DNA of 63,610 bases, the filler included, from Octopus bimaculoides (lineage: Eukaryota), in NCBI RefSeq assembly GCF_001194135.2. It is 6 parts of 6 records of this genome, joined end to end, with 100 filler letters (N's around TTAATTAATTAA, not from the genome) between each part and the next. Parts side by side here need not be neighbours in the genome. Positions count along the whole stretch, not along the records: positions 33,841 to 57,186 come from NC_068989.1; positions 57,287 to 62,087 come from NC_068985.1; 4 more parts are not named here. One strand, 5' to 3'. The position numbers and the translations under genes were made by a program. This document shows positions 47,880 through 62,187 of this stretch, one piece after another; the stretch's first letter is position 1, and each line of letters opens with the position of its first letter. Below the pieces are notes generated by a model that was not told where the DNA came from, searched no databases, and saw only the letters and a list, made by a program, of their open reading frames with translations.

Positions 47880-49755
47880 GTTAGATACTAGGAGTGATTA
47901 TATAATCATTGATAAAATACAGTATCGCAGAGGTATATTCCAAGGGGACAGCCTCTCTATAATACTGTTTATACTTTCAGTAAACCCCTGTCACTTATGT
48001 TGAAATCTGAAAGGTATCACATTGGTTCACACGGAGACAGAAATACCAAAATTATGCACTGCTTCTTTGTGGATAACTTGAAACTGCATACCAGAAGAAT
48101 GCATGAGATGAAAAGAGCCTTGACGTGGTTACAACATCTCAAAGGCTATAGGGTTGGAGTTTGGTCAGGATAAACGTTTCTATATGATTGTGAAATGAGG
48201 GAAAACTGTAAACCAGACTAGAAGTATATCCATCAGTGATTTAACTGCTTCCTCTATATCTGATGAGGAATGTTACAGATGCTTAGGAGTAGATGAAAAC
48301 ATATCTTACAATGGTACCTGTAACAAGACATGTGTCACTAAAGAATATTGCAGCTGATTAAAGAAAATATGGACCTCAGAACTCTCTGCATTCAATAAAA
48401 CAGTGGCCCACAATACGTTTTCAGTACCAGTACCCATACCGACATTTGAGCTACTTGACTGGACATTTGATGAGATCCAAGCCATTGATGTGAAAACCCA
48501 GAAAATACTGACCAACACAAATAATTTTCACATCAACAGTAAGATAGAACACCTCTAAATGAAAACAAGGAGGCAAAGGCTTAACATCAATCCAGACAGC
48601 ACTTTGAATGTCATATCATCTCTTCAGCAACATCTTTTAACCACCAATTGTCAAAGTGCATTCCTTGCCAATGTTTCCATACACAAGGCAGATAACATCA
48701 TGAGATTTGGGAAGCAGCTCCTTGAGAAACATTCCCTGTCTGATAACCTTGAATACATGCCCAAAGAAGTTGCATGACTCTACTGCAACACATCATCAGA
48801 TGAGTGCATATCAGCAGAAGACCATGCATGGATATGTTAGCAGAAAGCTCCAGGGTGACAGCAGCACTGATAATCAAAGCAGTCTATAGTAGACCAACAA
48901 CTGAATTACTCTCACTTTGAAGGGTATGCATTTGCAATCCAGGAACAGAAAATAGAAACAAAATTCTTAACGCACAAAAAGGACAGCGATGCAGGAAAAA
49001 CATCAAAATGTGATAACCAATGCAGACTTTGAGGAGTTAACATTGAAGATACCCCCACATCATAAGCAGTTGTCCAAGAATGTTTTTGTTATTATCTACC
49101 AATGAGACATATTGTTACCAAGATCTACAAGGAGATCTATCAGAAGGATAATCCTGAGGCCAAAGAAATAAGAACCCACAGTATGTTAAAGGCCATAGCT
49201 ACTCATAATATGAAAGAGTATTGGTAGAATATTCTAATGGAAACCTCAATAAAATGCAGACATAACAAACCAGACAGCAATTTGCAACAGAGAAAAGATA
49301 CTCTGTACAGTTGTGGAAATCAGCTGCCTTCCAGATGTCAATGTAAAGCTAAAGATCAGCAAAAAGAAAACACCTTGAACTATTGAGAAATTTATGGCTA
49401 CTCTACCCAGATTACAAGTTCACATTTATATCCATAATTATTGAAGCACTAGAATATGCAACAAACTGCCTAAGTGTTAATCGTGAGAAATTAGGTTTCT
49501 CAAAACAAGAAAAGAGAAAGCTAATTAGAAGATTACAGATACAAGACATCCATGGAACTGTCAAAATTTGTAAAACATTCCAAAAATTTAGCATTTAAGT
49601 ATATATGTGCATATTTAGACATGCAACTATATGCTCAAGAATACATACATGAAACAAAACATATAAATCTAAACTTGCACATATACACGTAAACATGCAC
49701 AAATACCTTGTTGATGTTTAAAGTTTCAATGAAAGAGCTTTGGGTAACTAAAGAC
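47880..49755 (+). mobile_element. 5'-truncated R4/Dong LINE, subfamily A (RT, CCHC, REL, 3' UTR)
   Basis: RGIFQGDSLS (QGD at 47941), HCFFVDNLKL, YRCLGVDEN, CRL*GVNIED..HIISSCP, HNKPD and EISCLPDVN. Many lesions. Confidence 0.88.
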
Positions 49756-49756
49756 T

Positions 49757-51430
49757 GGTACACCTTACTGCTTAGAGACAACAATGAAGACCTCAAATCC
49801 GACACTATATACTACCAAAAAGGCATCCTTCAGGGTGATAACTTGTCAATACTACTCTTTGTACTCTCACTGAAGCTCCTATCATACCTCATCACAAAAC
49901 ATAGCAGCAATAGGAATGAGTCTAATAACCTCTCTCACCTTTTGTTAATGACCTGAATCTATATAGGCCAAATATTAAACACATCAAAAAGCAACTGGAT
50001 CTCCATAACCCAATTCTCCATAAAAAATTGGAATAAAATAAGGTGAGTCCAAATATACAATTTTGGTGGTAAAATGTGGCAACTTGTGCCTCATCTAAGA
50101 CAATAAAACATAAATAACCTAGAAACACAGCCTCTGCTCTCCAGATCTCCACAACCTCTGCTCTACAAACCTCCACAGCCTCTGCTCTACAGATATTTTG
50201 GACAGGATGAGAATCTCAGCTATGATGGACCTATAAATAAAGAGGGGACAAGGAATGACTACCTCAAGAGAGTAAAAAAATATGGTCAGCTTACAGCAAG
50301 CATATTGCCCACTAAAAATTTACAGTGCCTGTCTTCACACCTACATTTAGCCTTCTGAACTGGTCACTAAAAAAGAACTCAATGAGATAGATATTTGAAC
50401 TTGTAAGCTGTTCAGTGTTACAGAGAACTTCAACATCAATGGCAATGTAGACAGGCTATACATCACATGCAAGGCTGGCAGCCATGGTCTCAGATCTGTA
50501 TTAATGTCATATGAAGCACTGAAACAACATTTGCAGCAGAGGAAAAAGATCAGTAACTATCTTACCCAAGTTTGTAACCATGAAATCAACAACATAATTA
50601 ATTAGGATAGCTAATGAACTTGAGAAGAGGCATTGGTAAATTCTATTATCAAAAGAGCAAAATAAAATGGACCAGTTTACAGAAAAGATAGTACATGGGT
50701 ACTTGGCACAAAAAACACAAACCATAGAAGGAAGTGATCATGTCAAAAGCTTGGCATGGAGTGCTGAGAGGTTTATAGCATCCCAGTTTGAAGGTTAATC
50801 CTGTGCAATTCAAGAACAAGAAACCTCCACAAACTACTACATGATAAAAGACAGAAAACATTGAAAACAAACAAATGACTATGCAAAGCTAAGACTGAAG
50901 ATGTCAACCACATAATTGCTAACTTCCAGATATTGTCTTCCCATGAAGCATGATGCAGTGGCCAGAACAAACTGGAACGAGAAAACAAAAAAGAAAACAT
51001 CAACAGACAAAGTTGATCAAATTGAAACTGATGAGTCAAAAAAATATTAATGGAACTTAAAAATTAAAACAGCCACCAAGTTAAAACACAACCAGCCAGA
51101 TATTGTTGTGTGGAAGCACAAGGAAAAGATATGGTCTATTGTGGAAATCTGCTGCCCTCTGGACACCTATGTAGTAAGAAAAATATAAGAGAAAGAGGAC
51201 ATCTATGGACCATTGATTAGGAGTTTACAAATCCAATATCTAAAATACACTTTCAGTTTCATACCTATTATCATTGGAGAAACAGGATATGTACCAACCC
51301 ATCTGGAACAAAGTATGGTTGAACTAGGATTCTTAGGGAGAGAACACCACTTCTTAATTCTATACTACAAATGATCATGATATCTGGGGCTATAAAAATT
51401 TGGAAGCTCTTCTTAATATTTAAAGGATAA
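49757..51430 (+). mobile_element. 5'-truncated R4/Dong LINE, subfamily B
   Basis: KGILQGDNLS (QGD at 49831), NVDRLY, QPDIVVWKHKEK...VEICCPLD and FIPIIIG.TGYVP. Many lesions. Confidence 0.85.
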
Positions 51431-51519
51431 TGAGCAAAACAAGATACTTTCCTTCACAACTTTGCTACCTAATAGGTGGTGAGTCAAAATTAACTCTAAA
51501 TTAAAAAGAAAAAGAGAAC

Positions 51520-51690
51520 TTCACACATATATAGAGAACTGACTTCTTTCAGTTTCCAGCTGCCAAATAGACTCACAAGGTTCTTGGTTGGCCTGGGGCT
51601 ATAGTAAAAGACACTTGCCCAGGTGTCATGCAGTGGAGCTGAACCTGAAACTATGTTGTTGGCAAACAACTGCTTAGCCACATATGTATG
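51520..51690 (-). mobile_element. SINE family C 5' half
   Basis: Reverse complement of the tRNA head plus CCTGGGCAAGTGTCTT...CTTGTGAGTCTATTTGGCAGCTGGAAACTGAAAGAAG. Confidence 0.75.
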
Positions 51691-52256
51691 CCATGTCAGC
51701 ACACACACATACACATATATTTATATATCATTGAGAAGTATATTATTATATGGCATACAACTGGTCAGGATGTTACTGTTGGTTTTGCACCAACTATTGC
51801 TTTTGGCAATATTGATGACTCTTCAGACATGGTAGCCTCAGACATGGTGTTTTCTGCTCCCAGGGGGCCCGTTACTCATTATGTGAAAAATTTTAAGAGT
51901 CTAAAACCACCCCTGGAACATAAGTAATGTATGTTCCCAGTTTGGAGGAAATCAGTTGAAAAATACGGCCGTTATAATCATTTACACACACAAAAAAAAT
52001 ACCAGGATTTATATTATAGATAAGTATATCATATACACACACACACAAATACATATGTATGTACATACATATATACATATGTATATCCATTAGGTGGCTG
52101 ATAATAGGATGCACATGTTGATGTGCATGTATATTTGTGCATGTGTTGTTGACTGTGAATCTTTTGTATCTTGTGTTCTCATTGTCCTTCATTGAGATTC
52201 TGGTTCCAGCAAAGGTTAAGCATGTTTAGGAAATTCATGGTTTATGCACATTCTAT

Positions 52257-52302
<46 letters not shown>

Positions 52303-55249
52303 TAGATAGATAGATAGATATAATATTATATTGTTATTCTAGGGGATTGTCATTTTTGTCAATTAAACACATGCACTATTTATTTGATTACTTTAGTTTT
52401 TATTTGTATTATTTTTAGTTTATGCCTTTCAAAGTCCTTTTGTCACATTCTGTGACCTCTTCAATGACTCCCTGTCCTATGTGTCACCATTGTGATATGT
52501 CCAAGTTTATATGTTACAGTTTAGAGAGCTATCAATACAAGAGTAACAATAATCACTATTGATGGTCAGCATTATTTTCTATTGGTAACCTATCTGGTAC
52601 TGGTCTTCAGGGGATTAATCAGCAATAATACTGTTGCTTGATGCCAGTGTCACTATTATTGACACATTTAAAGTGATAACATGATTTTTCAAGTAAATAC
52701 AAAAGGCTATGTCAGAAACATATTGATATAAAATGGTGGGTTGGTGTAGGACTGATGAAATCTAATTTGAACAAAATTTTTCGTTACAGAAAAAATTCTA
52801 AGGGACGTCTACACAACAGAGTGAAAAATGGGGTTTATTTCAGATTTCTCTTGTCAGGAAGGAACTGCAGAATGCAATACTCTAGCAATGCCATGGCTGT
52901 AGTGGCTAAAACAAACTAAAGAGCTCAGTAGCAAATTGACAGTCATTAGTGTTTGACAGAATATGTTTTGACTCTGCACTCTTGAGTTCAACTTGGTATT
53001 TTGCTCTTTCAAAATCAATAAAAAGTACCAGTCCAAGATGGTGGATTGGTAGAACTGTAAGAACATTGAACTGGATGCCTTGCAGTATTTGTTTTGGTTC
53101 TTCATGTTCTGAACTCAAATGTAACCATAGCTTGCTTAGGTGAAAGACTTAACCCATCACTTGGTTTAACACCACCACCTGGCATTTTGAGTACCTTTAG
53201 GTTTCTGGTTTGACAATAACTTCCACCCCACCTCTCACCAGACTTGGCAACCTTATAACAGGTCACCACACTGCCTTCGCTCCTGACTAAAAGATACAAG
53301 AAAAAAACTAACCTTTTGCTAGTGTTTTTGGGAAGAGTAGGTAAGAAGATCAATACCTTATCGCTAAATAGTACCTAAGTACAGGAAACAATTCAGAAGT
53401 CTCTACATTGTCGATAAACCAGCAAAAAATAGCAACCAAATCTCCCCATCATCTTAAACAAGAGAGGGACATATTAGATAATGTAGTTCTAGACTCTCAA
53501 AAAAAAAAAAAAAAGAGGATGGTCTTTTTTTTGGAGAGTCTAGGACTACAAATGCTTTGAAGATGTTTACTTAATCAGTTAATCTTTGATGAAACAGCAA
53601 CATATTTATAATAAGACAGACTGAGCCAAATGAATGTTTAGCAAGTGACACAGTAGTGTTTGTGATGGAATATGCACTGTTTATACTTGCCTTGTAGGAC
53701 AACGAAAAATCTCTTATTTGTGGCTCTCTAACATTCCCAACTGTACCACAAGGCCATAATTTTTATAAAGATGAAGAATAACACTCAATAGTTGACACAC
53801 CTTCTTCAGTGGCATGAGCAACATCAAGTCAAACTGGCTTCAATAAAAATTGAAACTTTTTGGATTCAGCTCACTAAAAGCTTATTCTTTGCCCTAACAC
53901 ATTTTTCACAAATGTTGATAGTATTACTGAGCAGAGTACAATATATAATTTACATGTCTCTTTCAACAAACTTTCTACTGCTGTTTTATATCATCAATCT
54001 TGAGATACCATATTCCAAATAACAGTAAAATGATCCCAGCAAGAAATATCAGTTTAATGCTTCATTTAATTGGCTGCTTGCGAGCAAATAGGCCTGCTTA
54101 ATGGCTGGGTATATGATTTGGTCCAGTAGCTTAGCAACTCTGCCAGTGCATATTTCATGTTTTCTTAAACTTCTAAAACCAACCATGCTCTATTTATACT
54201 GACAACAATGCTGTCACAAACTTCCTCAACTATCTTAACATCTAAAAGCAGATTAAAAAAAATTATAAAAATAGCCTGGTCACCAAGAGAAAATACTTTT
54301 GCTCTGAATTATTCATTCTACTCTGTTATTTATTGCTTAGGCAGTTTGTATGCTTGGTACAGTTTTGGCATGGAGATTTACTTTTACATGGAGGACAACA
54401 ACTGTAGTAAAATTCACTACTACCACTAATGTTAAATCAACAATAAATACAGTAACAACCTTCATTGTCTCTCAAACTACAGTAATGAGAGTAACTACCA
54501 ATTTCATGACTACCTCAACAATGATAAGTGGCTGCAATAGTCACTAATAACAACTACATCAATAAAGTAGCAGTACAAGTGTAGGTGTATCTAAAACACA
54601 AGTACACCAGAATTAAACAACATGCCAATTGCCTACTTTAGACGAGTAATTAAACATGATAAACTGCTACCTTTAGAGAAATTGACCAATTTATTAGTGA
54701 GATACAAACTATCTTTATCAAATAATTTCACTTACTGGTGTAAACATGAATGAATTAATTTATCTTGTTTCAGTTTATTTAGGTAAGGTTCACTGAATAC
54801 ACCACAGTTGAGAGATTATGTTTTGACTATTTCTTTTGTTGAGACTCAATTAAATACTTTAAGAATTAAAAGTAGTTGATATAGGGTTCATTCATTTTCT
54901 CTTAGTTCTGTGCATCCCTATAAGCTTTACTTAGTTGTAGAGCAACTACTACACTTTGCTACCAAAAAATAACATTTGTAAGCTTCTATTCTCACAATTA
55001 ATGAATTATTTGTCTGAGTTCCTAAGGCAGTTTAAAAATTCTTCAATAATATTGTTCTAGTAACTTCTCTTTTTACTGGTTTCAGTCACTAAAACAGCAG
55101 CTATGCGTCTTATCACATTAATATCTTCGTGTCAAAGGTACCAAAATAAATTTGGATAACATAGGGAGGTTTGCAACATGACTAATAGCTAGTTCACAAC
55201 ATCATACACAGGCTTTGTATTCTGGAGATAACAAAGGAACAGACATTGT

Positions 55250-55480
55250 TTTCAATGTGCCTGCAATATCCAATAACACTTCTCTATATAATTTTGTGGT
55301 GCTGATGGCAAGTTTCAAGATAATGTGTCATTCGATGCTTGTTCAGTTCGTGTGGTACCTACTTTTCCAGTTTCTTTACCTTGCCGATTTGTTTCAGATG
55401 GTCCAATACAGCTGGAATCGAAACATCAAATCTTGCTGCTTATGGGGTCAACAAGTTCATATCCAAACAGCTGCAACTCT
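55250..55480 (-). mobile_element. Third mariner family, transposase fragment
   Basis: FDVSIPAVLDHLKQIGKVKKLEK*VPHEL: the WVPHEL motif with W changed to TAG at 55359-55361. Confidence 0.8.
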
Positions 55481-56836
55481 CATGAATATCATAGATATAA
55501 AATAAGTTCAAGAATTCATTGTTAAAAAATTTTCATATTTACCCTAACTCTTAATTCTTCTTTATGGCTTTTTTACTGTTCAATTTTGTTTGTCTTGTGT
55601 TTTATTCAGTGTACTATGCTTGCACTTTTGGTTATCATTCCTTACTATTTGTGGCTTGCTATCCCCTCTTTTACCTTTTTCCGATGAGTTGTAGTGCACC
55701 TGAACATGGTATACAATAAGCTCATTGCTATTATTTTTATATATTCTCATTTGGTTTTTTATGCATAGGTCTGCAATGCAGCATACTGTTATGAATCTGA
55801 ACAATGAGATTTACTCTTCTCACCTAAGTTACCTAATCTCTTCCTGGTGTTCATCTGTAGTTTTTAATGGCATAAAATGGATGAGTAATAAATCATATTC
55901 TGGATAAGATGCTGGCCTGTTGCAGATAGCTTTTACCATGTAAAGAACTGAAACCAACAATGCAAGCCAATAATATACGTGTTAGTTCCAGTGCTTACCA
56001 CTTGCATAATAATAAATTATACAATTGGCAGTAGTGTTTTTTTAAGTTAGGTGGACTTGGCCAGTCATGAAACTGCATATGCTTTGCAGGTTGTCTAGAT
56101 CACTAGGTCCTTTCCATTTCTTTTATATAAATTCTCTCCATCATTCTAAGATTTGAACTCATGTTTGTCTATAGCAGGGGCCCACAGTAATTTTTCAGGA
56201 GCTATGAAAAAATTGTGTTTCAGACCAGTAGTTTCCAATGTGGACCTCCTGTCCTCTAACTTTTCAATGGTACACGCTCACACTTAGAAACTTGTTTAAA
56301 AAATGCCCTGAAAAATGTTGCTAGAAACCCTGTCTTTACTAATTTATTTACTACCTTACTTTTCAAAACAAGAACAAAGAAAAAATAATTTAAAAAACCC
56401 AAAACAGTCATCAATGAAGCTGGTCATAAAATTCCCAAGAGAATTCCCTAGAAAGGTGAAAGAAATGATACTGAGCAAAAACATCAACAACAATGCTGAG
56501 AAAAGCACTATTTTAGTAAGTTGACAAGGGAAACAAAGCCCCCTACTGTTGCAGATATATCCATAAAATGTGATTTCAGATTTTGATGCAGAGCATCTTA
56601 ATTCTCATCAGTGCCTCTTATTGCGCCATGGGTTAAGCTCAACTCGTCTCATCAACTTATGAGAAAACTATGGAAAACGTGCTGATTTCAAAAACAGTAG
56701 AAGTGTAAACTATAAATAATGTCACCATACCCCCAAATAGTACCTCAAGTGAAGTCCAATACCAAGACGGGTCACAGGTAGTTTAGTAGACATATATGAA
56801 TGCTTATATATGTGTGCGTGTGTATGTATATATATA

Positions 56837-57175
56837 TCTATATATATAAAAATGAGAATGTGTGTCTGTCTGTCTGTCTGTTTGTCTGAATCCCTAAAAC
56901 TTGAGAACTACACAACCAATTTCATTCAAATTTTATACATGCCTTACTTAGGGTTCCAGTTGTGTTTTAGTCAAAAAAAATTTTTAACTTCTTGCAGAGT
57001 TCGAGCACACGGCAACATAATATCTCTTCCACTATTTAAGTATTACGTGTCAAAAGTGAAACAAAAACACTCATGTCAATTACTTTCACTTTAAAAATGA
57101 AACTATTCCACTAACTGAAACAATTACATTTCGATACTGTAATGACAGATACTTTCACAGAGAGAGAAAGAGAGA
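56837..57175 (+). mobile_element. Non-autonomous Helitron 5' end
   Basis: A|TCTATATATATAAAAATGAGAATGTG followed by a (GTCT)n microsatellite, the typical start of animal non-autonomous Helitrons. Runs into (AG)n and a gap. Confidence 0.65.
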
Positions 57176-57317
57176 GACAGAAAGAGNNNNNNNNNNNNNN
57201 NNNNNNNNNNNNNNNNNNNNNNNNNNNNNNTTAATTAATTAANNNNNNNNNNNNNNNNNNNNNNNNNNNNNNNNNNNNNNNNNNNNGACGGGGTGGGGGT
57301 ATAGAAATGCATCGATG

Positions 57318-57319
<2 letters not shown>

Positions 57320-57377
<58 letters not shown>

Positions 57378-57403
57378 CATTATTATTATTATTATTATTA
57401 TTA

Positions 57404-57483
<80 letters not shown>

Positions 57484-57504
57484 GTTATTATTATTATTAT
57501 TATT
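57320..57504. repeat. (TTA)n microsatellite
   Basis: Read directly. Confidence 0.97.
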
Positions 57505-57720
57505 GTGGCGAGTTGGCAGAATCGTTAGCATGCCGGGCGAAATGATTAGCAGTATTTCGTCTGTCTCTACGTTCTGAGTTCAAATTCCGCCGAGATTGAC
57601 TTTGCCTTTCATCCTTTCGGGATCGATAAATTAAGTATCAGTCAAGTACTGGGGTCAATGTGATCGACTTACCCCTCTCCACAACATTTCAGGCTTTGTA
57701 CCTGAAGTAGAGAGGATTAT
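57505..57720 (+). mobile_element. SINE family D copy embedded in (TTA)/(AAT) arrays
   Basis: GTGGCGAGTTGGCAGAATCGTTAGC...GTTCAAATTCCGCCGAG...GAAGTAGAGAGGATTAT. Confidence 0.88.
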
Positions 57721-57760
57721 AATAATAATAATAATAATAATTATTATTATTATTATTACC

Positions 57761-58190
57761 GCGTGACAGAGCAGTACACGGCATTAAAGAGACGCTGGGG
57801 TACAAATATCTGAAGTTCAATCATGACTATCCGTCTACCATGACTACCACATGCCTCACAACCATATGTGCGCGACATGGTGACCTCATATCAATACAAA
57901 CAGCGCATGACCTTGCAAGTGAGGTTCAGACAGAATTTTCTTCAGGTCGAGTAACCCATCCCGCTGAAAAGGTCCCTGTATAAAGATTATTTAAGGATGA
58001 TGACCGAAGCACATGTTTTCAGAGATGAATTGTTCAAACCCCAAAGAATCCCTTACAACATATGGCCATGATGCTCCCCTATGACTTCTGCTCGTGATCA
58101 GAGATGCAGATATCGCCAACCACAAAGGAATATGTGCAAATGGTTGAAGTCAAGCAACTGACAAGCAAATCTGTGATATTGCAGCGAAGT
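57761..58190 (-). mobile_element. Retroposon family 'A' copy
   Basis: Reverse-complement match to 1440-2100. Confidence 0.75.
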
Positions 58191-58599
58191 CTATTCCTCC
58201 TTTGATCTATTTGGGGGTCGATAAATAAAATACCAGTCTGGGCTGTTGTATCAGAGCAATTGTTAGAGAATTGAACGAAATGTCTTGGGGCATCTGTTTC
58301 AGCATTTTGTATTCTGAATTTAAATTCCGCCGCCAATCACCGGCCTCTTTGTAGTGGGAAATGAATTCTTCGGGACTGGCTTAGAGTAATAGATCTCCGA
58401 TATTAGTGTTGATTGGGCCAGACACTATACGAATAGACCATGTGTATGTAACTCGCTTATCTCTGAAACCTACAGACACAAACGAAATATTACTGACACT
58501 AGATAGACAAGGCAAATGACAAATCTTGTGCAACGTATTTGAATTCGAAAAGAAACTATTAACCAATTATTGATAACGAGGTGTCACACCAACAAAGAA

Positions 58600-58790
58600 G
58601 CCAGCTTCTATGTAGTCATTCAGCCTGCTAGAAATAGCGGTCAAATCTTTCTCAAAACATGCTCCACCATCTTAGAAAGATAGATGAAGTAGTCCTGGGT
58701 ACACTTTGAGTAAATTGACAAAAATATGGCTAGAATGCCTTCGGTTATTCTGCTAGATTAGAGCTGGCCTCGGCTTTAACTTAAACATGT
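58600..58790 (+). mobile_element. Diverged SINE-tail family 'E' copy
   Basis: GCTTCTATGTAGTCATTC..CCTGCTAGAAATAGC..CAAATCT; similar pieces at ~9890-9990, 29835-29950, 53410-53500 and 60965-61130, several ending in (AAC)n. Confidence 0.55.
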
Positions 58791-59341
58791 ACAGCAACTA
58801 AAAGGTCCGAGGCCAAAGACATTAAGTTTTTTTGTGCTAACAACTAGCTTGAACTCATAACCCATGATTAGTTAGTCGATTACCGAACCAACTCAGTCAC
58901 CCTATCACCACTGATGATAATATATAATGTGACGAAAGAGCAGCAGATGACAACTTACAAAACAAGTTTATGTGAAATTCTGCAGCTCTCAGTGCGAAAG
59001 AAATGGCGAAACCGTCCAAGAATTGAACTAATTAACTAATGAAAGACAAATTTGTAATTAGTACATTTGATGTTGCAATAATTAAATCATATTTTGATAA
59101 CTTAAGTAGTATCGTTATTAGAACAGATACACTAATGACGGCCTGTGTTAGTATGAAGTGGGTTGGATATAATAGACTGAAGACATATTATATGGTGTGT
59201 GAGGAGAGTTTGTTGGGTTGAAAGGTAGGCTGGTAGGTAGATAGGCTGGTAGGTAGACCAGAGAGATAAATCAATAGGTAGATAAATACATATGCATTTG
59301 GGGAAATAGTTATTTTAAGTGGAGAAATAGAAATAAATATT

Positions 59342-59385
<44 letters not shown>

Positions 59386-59579
59386 CTAGCAGAAAAATAA
59401 ATTGACTGCTAGGTCGATAGCTAGATATATTATTTGGCTGCATGCAATAATTTGGTACAAATGCACATATTCAATGATATACTGTTACGTAATGCTAGGA
59501 ACAATAAACGAAAATAAATACGTTTTTATCTCTTAAAAGCCAATTGAAAGAGGGCTGTGCTTTCCAAAATATGCTTCTT

Positions 59580-59780
59580 TTATCTTTTACTTGTTTCAGC
59601 CATTCGACTGTGGCCATGCTGGGGTCACTGCCTTGAATGGTTTTAGTCGAATAAGTTCAACCCCCAGTACTGATGTTTTTGAAGTCTAGTATTTATTTTG
59701 TGTCTTTTTTTTCTTTGCACGAACCACTAAGTTGTTGGTACATAGACAATCCAACACAGCTGTCAAGCGGTGGGTAGGGG

Positions 59781-59841
<61 letters not shown>

Positions 59842-60040
59842 GCACACGCACTCGCGCGCTATAATATAGAAATATACGATTGACTTCTGCACAGTTTCTA
59901 TTGACCAAATTCACTCACAAGGCACTGGATCGGCCCGGAGTTATAATAGAAATCATTTTCCCGCTGTGTCGTGCAGTGGAACTGAACCCAAAACCACAGA
60001 GCTGCAAAGCGAATTTCTTAACCACACAGTAATACCTATT
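59580..60040 (-). mobile_element. Full-length diverged SINE family C with an internal (AG)/(TG) microsatellite
   Basis: 3' half at 59580-59780, (CT)n(CA)n at 59782-59848, head at 59875-60040. Confidence 0.75.
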
Positions 60041-61588
60041 TGTTTTAAAAAAGAAAATCCGAAGTAATATAAAAGAAATAAAAAAATTAAAGCTGTAACG
60101 TAGAATTACATAGAGAAAAATGCTATTATTTTTAGGAAAAACAAAAAGAATTTATATGAAATAAATTTTTAAAATTCAAGATATTTATTTTTAAATTGAA
60201 GAAATATTTTAAAATTTAATGTTTTTAAAATAATAAACAAAAATTTTAAACTATTAAAGAAAAGCAGAAGAGAAATTGTTAAGCTTAGCAGTTTGCTAGA
60301 TCGGGAGGAGGAAAAATGAGAAGTGTTGATATTTTAATTGATAAGGAAGTATTTTATGAGCACAACGTGTTATTAGTTGCTGATGATAATAACTATAATT
60401 GACTGTTATAGCTGTGAAGACTGTTACTGCTACAGCCTTGTATAGTTTATTGAGGGAATGGGTTTGAGCGGAGAGGTTAATAAGAGGTTTTTGCAAACAA
60501 TAACACCATCCACACTGCTTAGCTTACTCCTCACCTCACCCGTCAATTTACACCACAGCCAAGACTCATATCAACGTGTGCCTGCAAGTCTACAAGGAGC
60601 CTCTACATACTCAATCGACCTGCTAGCAATAGCAGCCTCATTGCCTCAAATGTATCCAATCGTCATTAAAAAAAAATGATGTATTAGAAAGACTAGAACA
60701 GACAGACAACCCCTTTCGAAAAGAGGGTCGCACACAACTAAAAAGAAAAAAAGAAAAAAGAAAAATTCATGATAATGTTTCGTGAGGCGTGCCATCTAAA
60801 AAATCCTGCGGGCCGCAGTTTGCCCATGACTGTACTCGATGGTCTGGCTGGAGTGCATTTGAGCCAACTCAGAAGTGATCTGGAGACTCAGCAATAATAA
60901 TAACAACAACAATAACCACCACCACTACAACAATTACAGCAACAACAACTCGAGCACGAAATAGTTAAATATCCTTCAAATCACACATCACTGTTTTTTT
61001 TTAAAGAAAGGACACATTCGATAATTTATGCCTAGATCAACTATTTTTTGGTAAAAGACAAGGTGGTCACAGTTGGAATACCTTAGATCAAAGGACTGAT
61101 ATGGAGACAAACAACATCAACTACAACAACAATACTAGCCAACAAGTGAGCCTCTATGTCATTACTTACTGGAAATAGGAACCAGATCTCCCTCAAATCA
61201 TATTTCAGTTTATTGAAAAAGAAATAACAATGTGCCTTGGGGTATTCATTTTAAGTCTGGTAAGTATCCTATCAATATCTTAGGCCGAACTGCTGAAACA
61301 CGGGGACGTAAACAAAGCAACACCGGCTGTCAAGTGATTGGTGGGACAAGCACAAACACAAATACAAAGACACATGCACATACACATACACACTACGGGA
61401 TTCCACGCAGTTTCCGACCACTAAATTATCTCACAAGGCATTTGTCGACCCTATATCAGGGTTCCTGAAACTTTTATTCTAGCGTACCCATTCACCCTGT
61501 CCAGCAGTGTTGACGAATCCGTAGGAAAAGAAAAGAAAAATGTAACGTATGGACAATATAGAATAGACATGTATTACTCGTGAGCAGA

Positions 61589-61903
61589 AGGCGCATGGTT
61601 CAGTGGTTCGAGCGTCGGGATCACAATCATGAGGTAGTGAGTTCGATTCCCGGACTGAGCTGTGTGTTGTGTTCTTGAGCAAGACACTTTATTTCATGTT
61701 GCTCCAGTTCACTCAGCTTTAGAAATGAGTTCCGACGTCACTCGGTGTGCCATGCTGTAACGGCCTTTCCCTTGGATAACATCGGTCGTGTGGAGAGGGG
61801 AGGCTGGTATGCATGGGTGACAATCTTGCCCGGACTTGTGCCTCGGAGGGTAACTTTCTAGGTGCAATCCTATGGTCATTCATGACCGAAGGGGATCTTT
61901 ACC
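61589..61903 (+). mobile_element. tRNA-headed SINE, family 'F'
   Basis: GGCGCATGGTTCAGTGGTTCGAGC (A box), GAGTTCGATTCCCGG (B box), then TTGAGCAAGACACTTT core-like motif; does not end as a tRNA. Confidence 0.8.
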
Positions 61904-62187
61904 CGTCTACTTGTAAGTAATTTTATTGAATTTAATGTTACGTTGTTAGCGACATGAGCGAGAATGGCTCTTTCCAACAATGAGTTTCATATTTCTTTAT
62001 TGTCCATAAGGGGGCTAAACATAGAGGGGACAAAGAAGGACAGAAAAACGGATTAAGTCGATTAATTCGACCCCAGTGCGTAACTGGNNNNNNNNNNNNN
62101 NNNNNNNNNNNNNNNNNNNNNNNNNNNNNNNTTAATTAATTAANNNNNNNNNNNNNNNNNNNNNNNNNNNNNNNNNNNNNNNNNNNN

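Noticed and set aside
54100-55100. AT-rich stretch with short ORFs and Thr-rich low complexity
   Set aside because: No assignable motif; probably an old AT-rich transposon interior.
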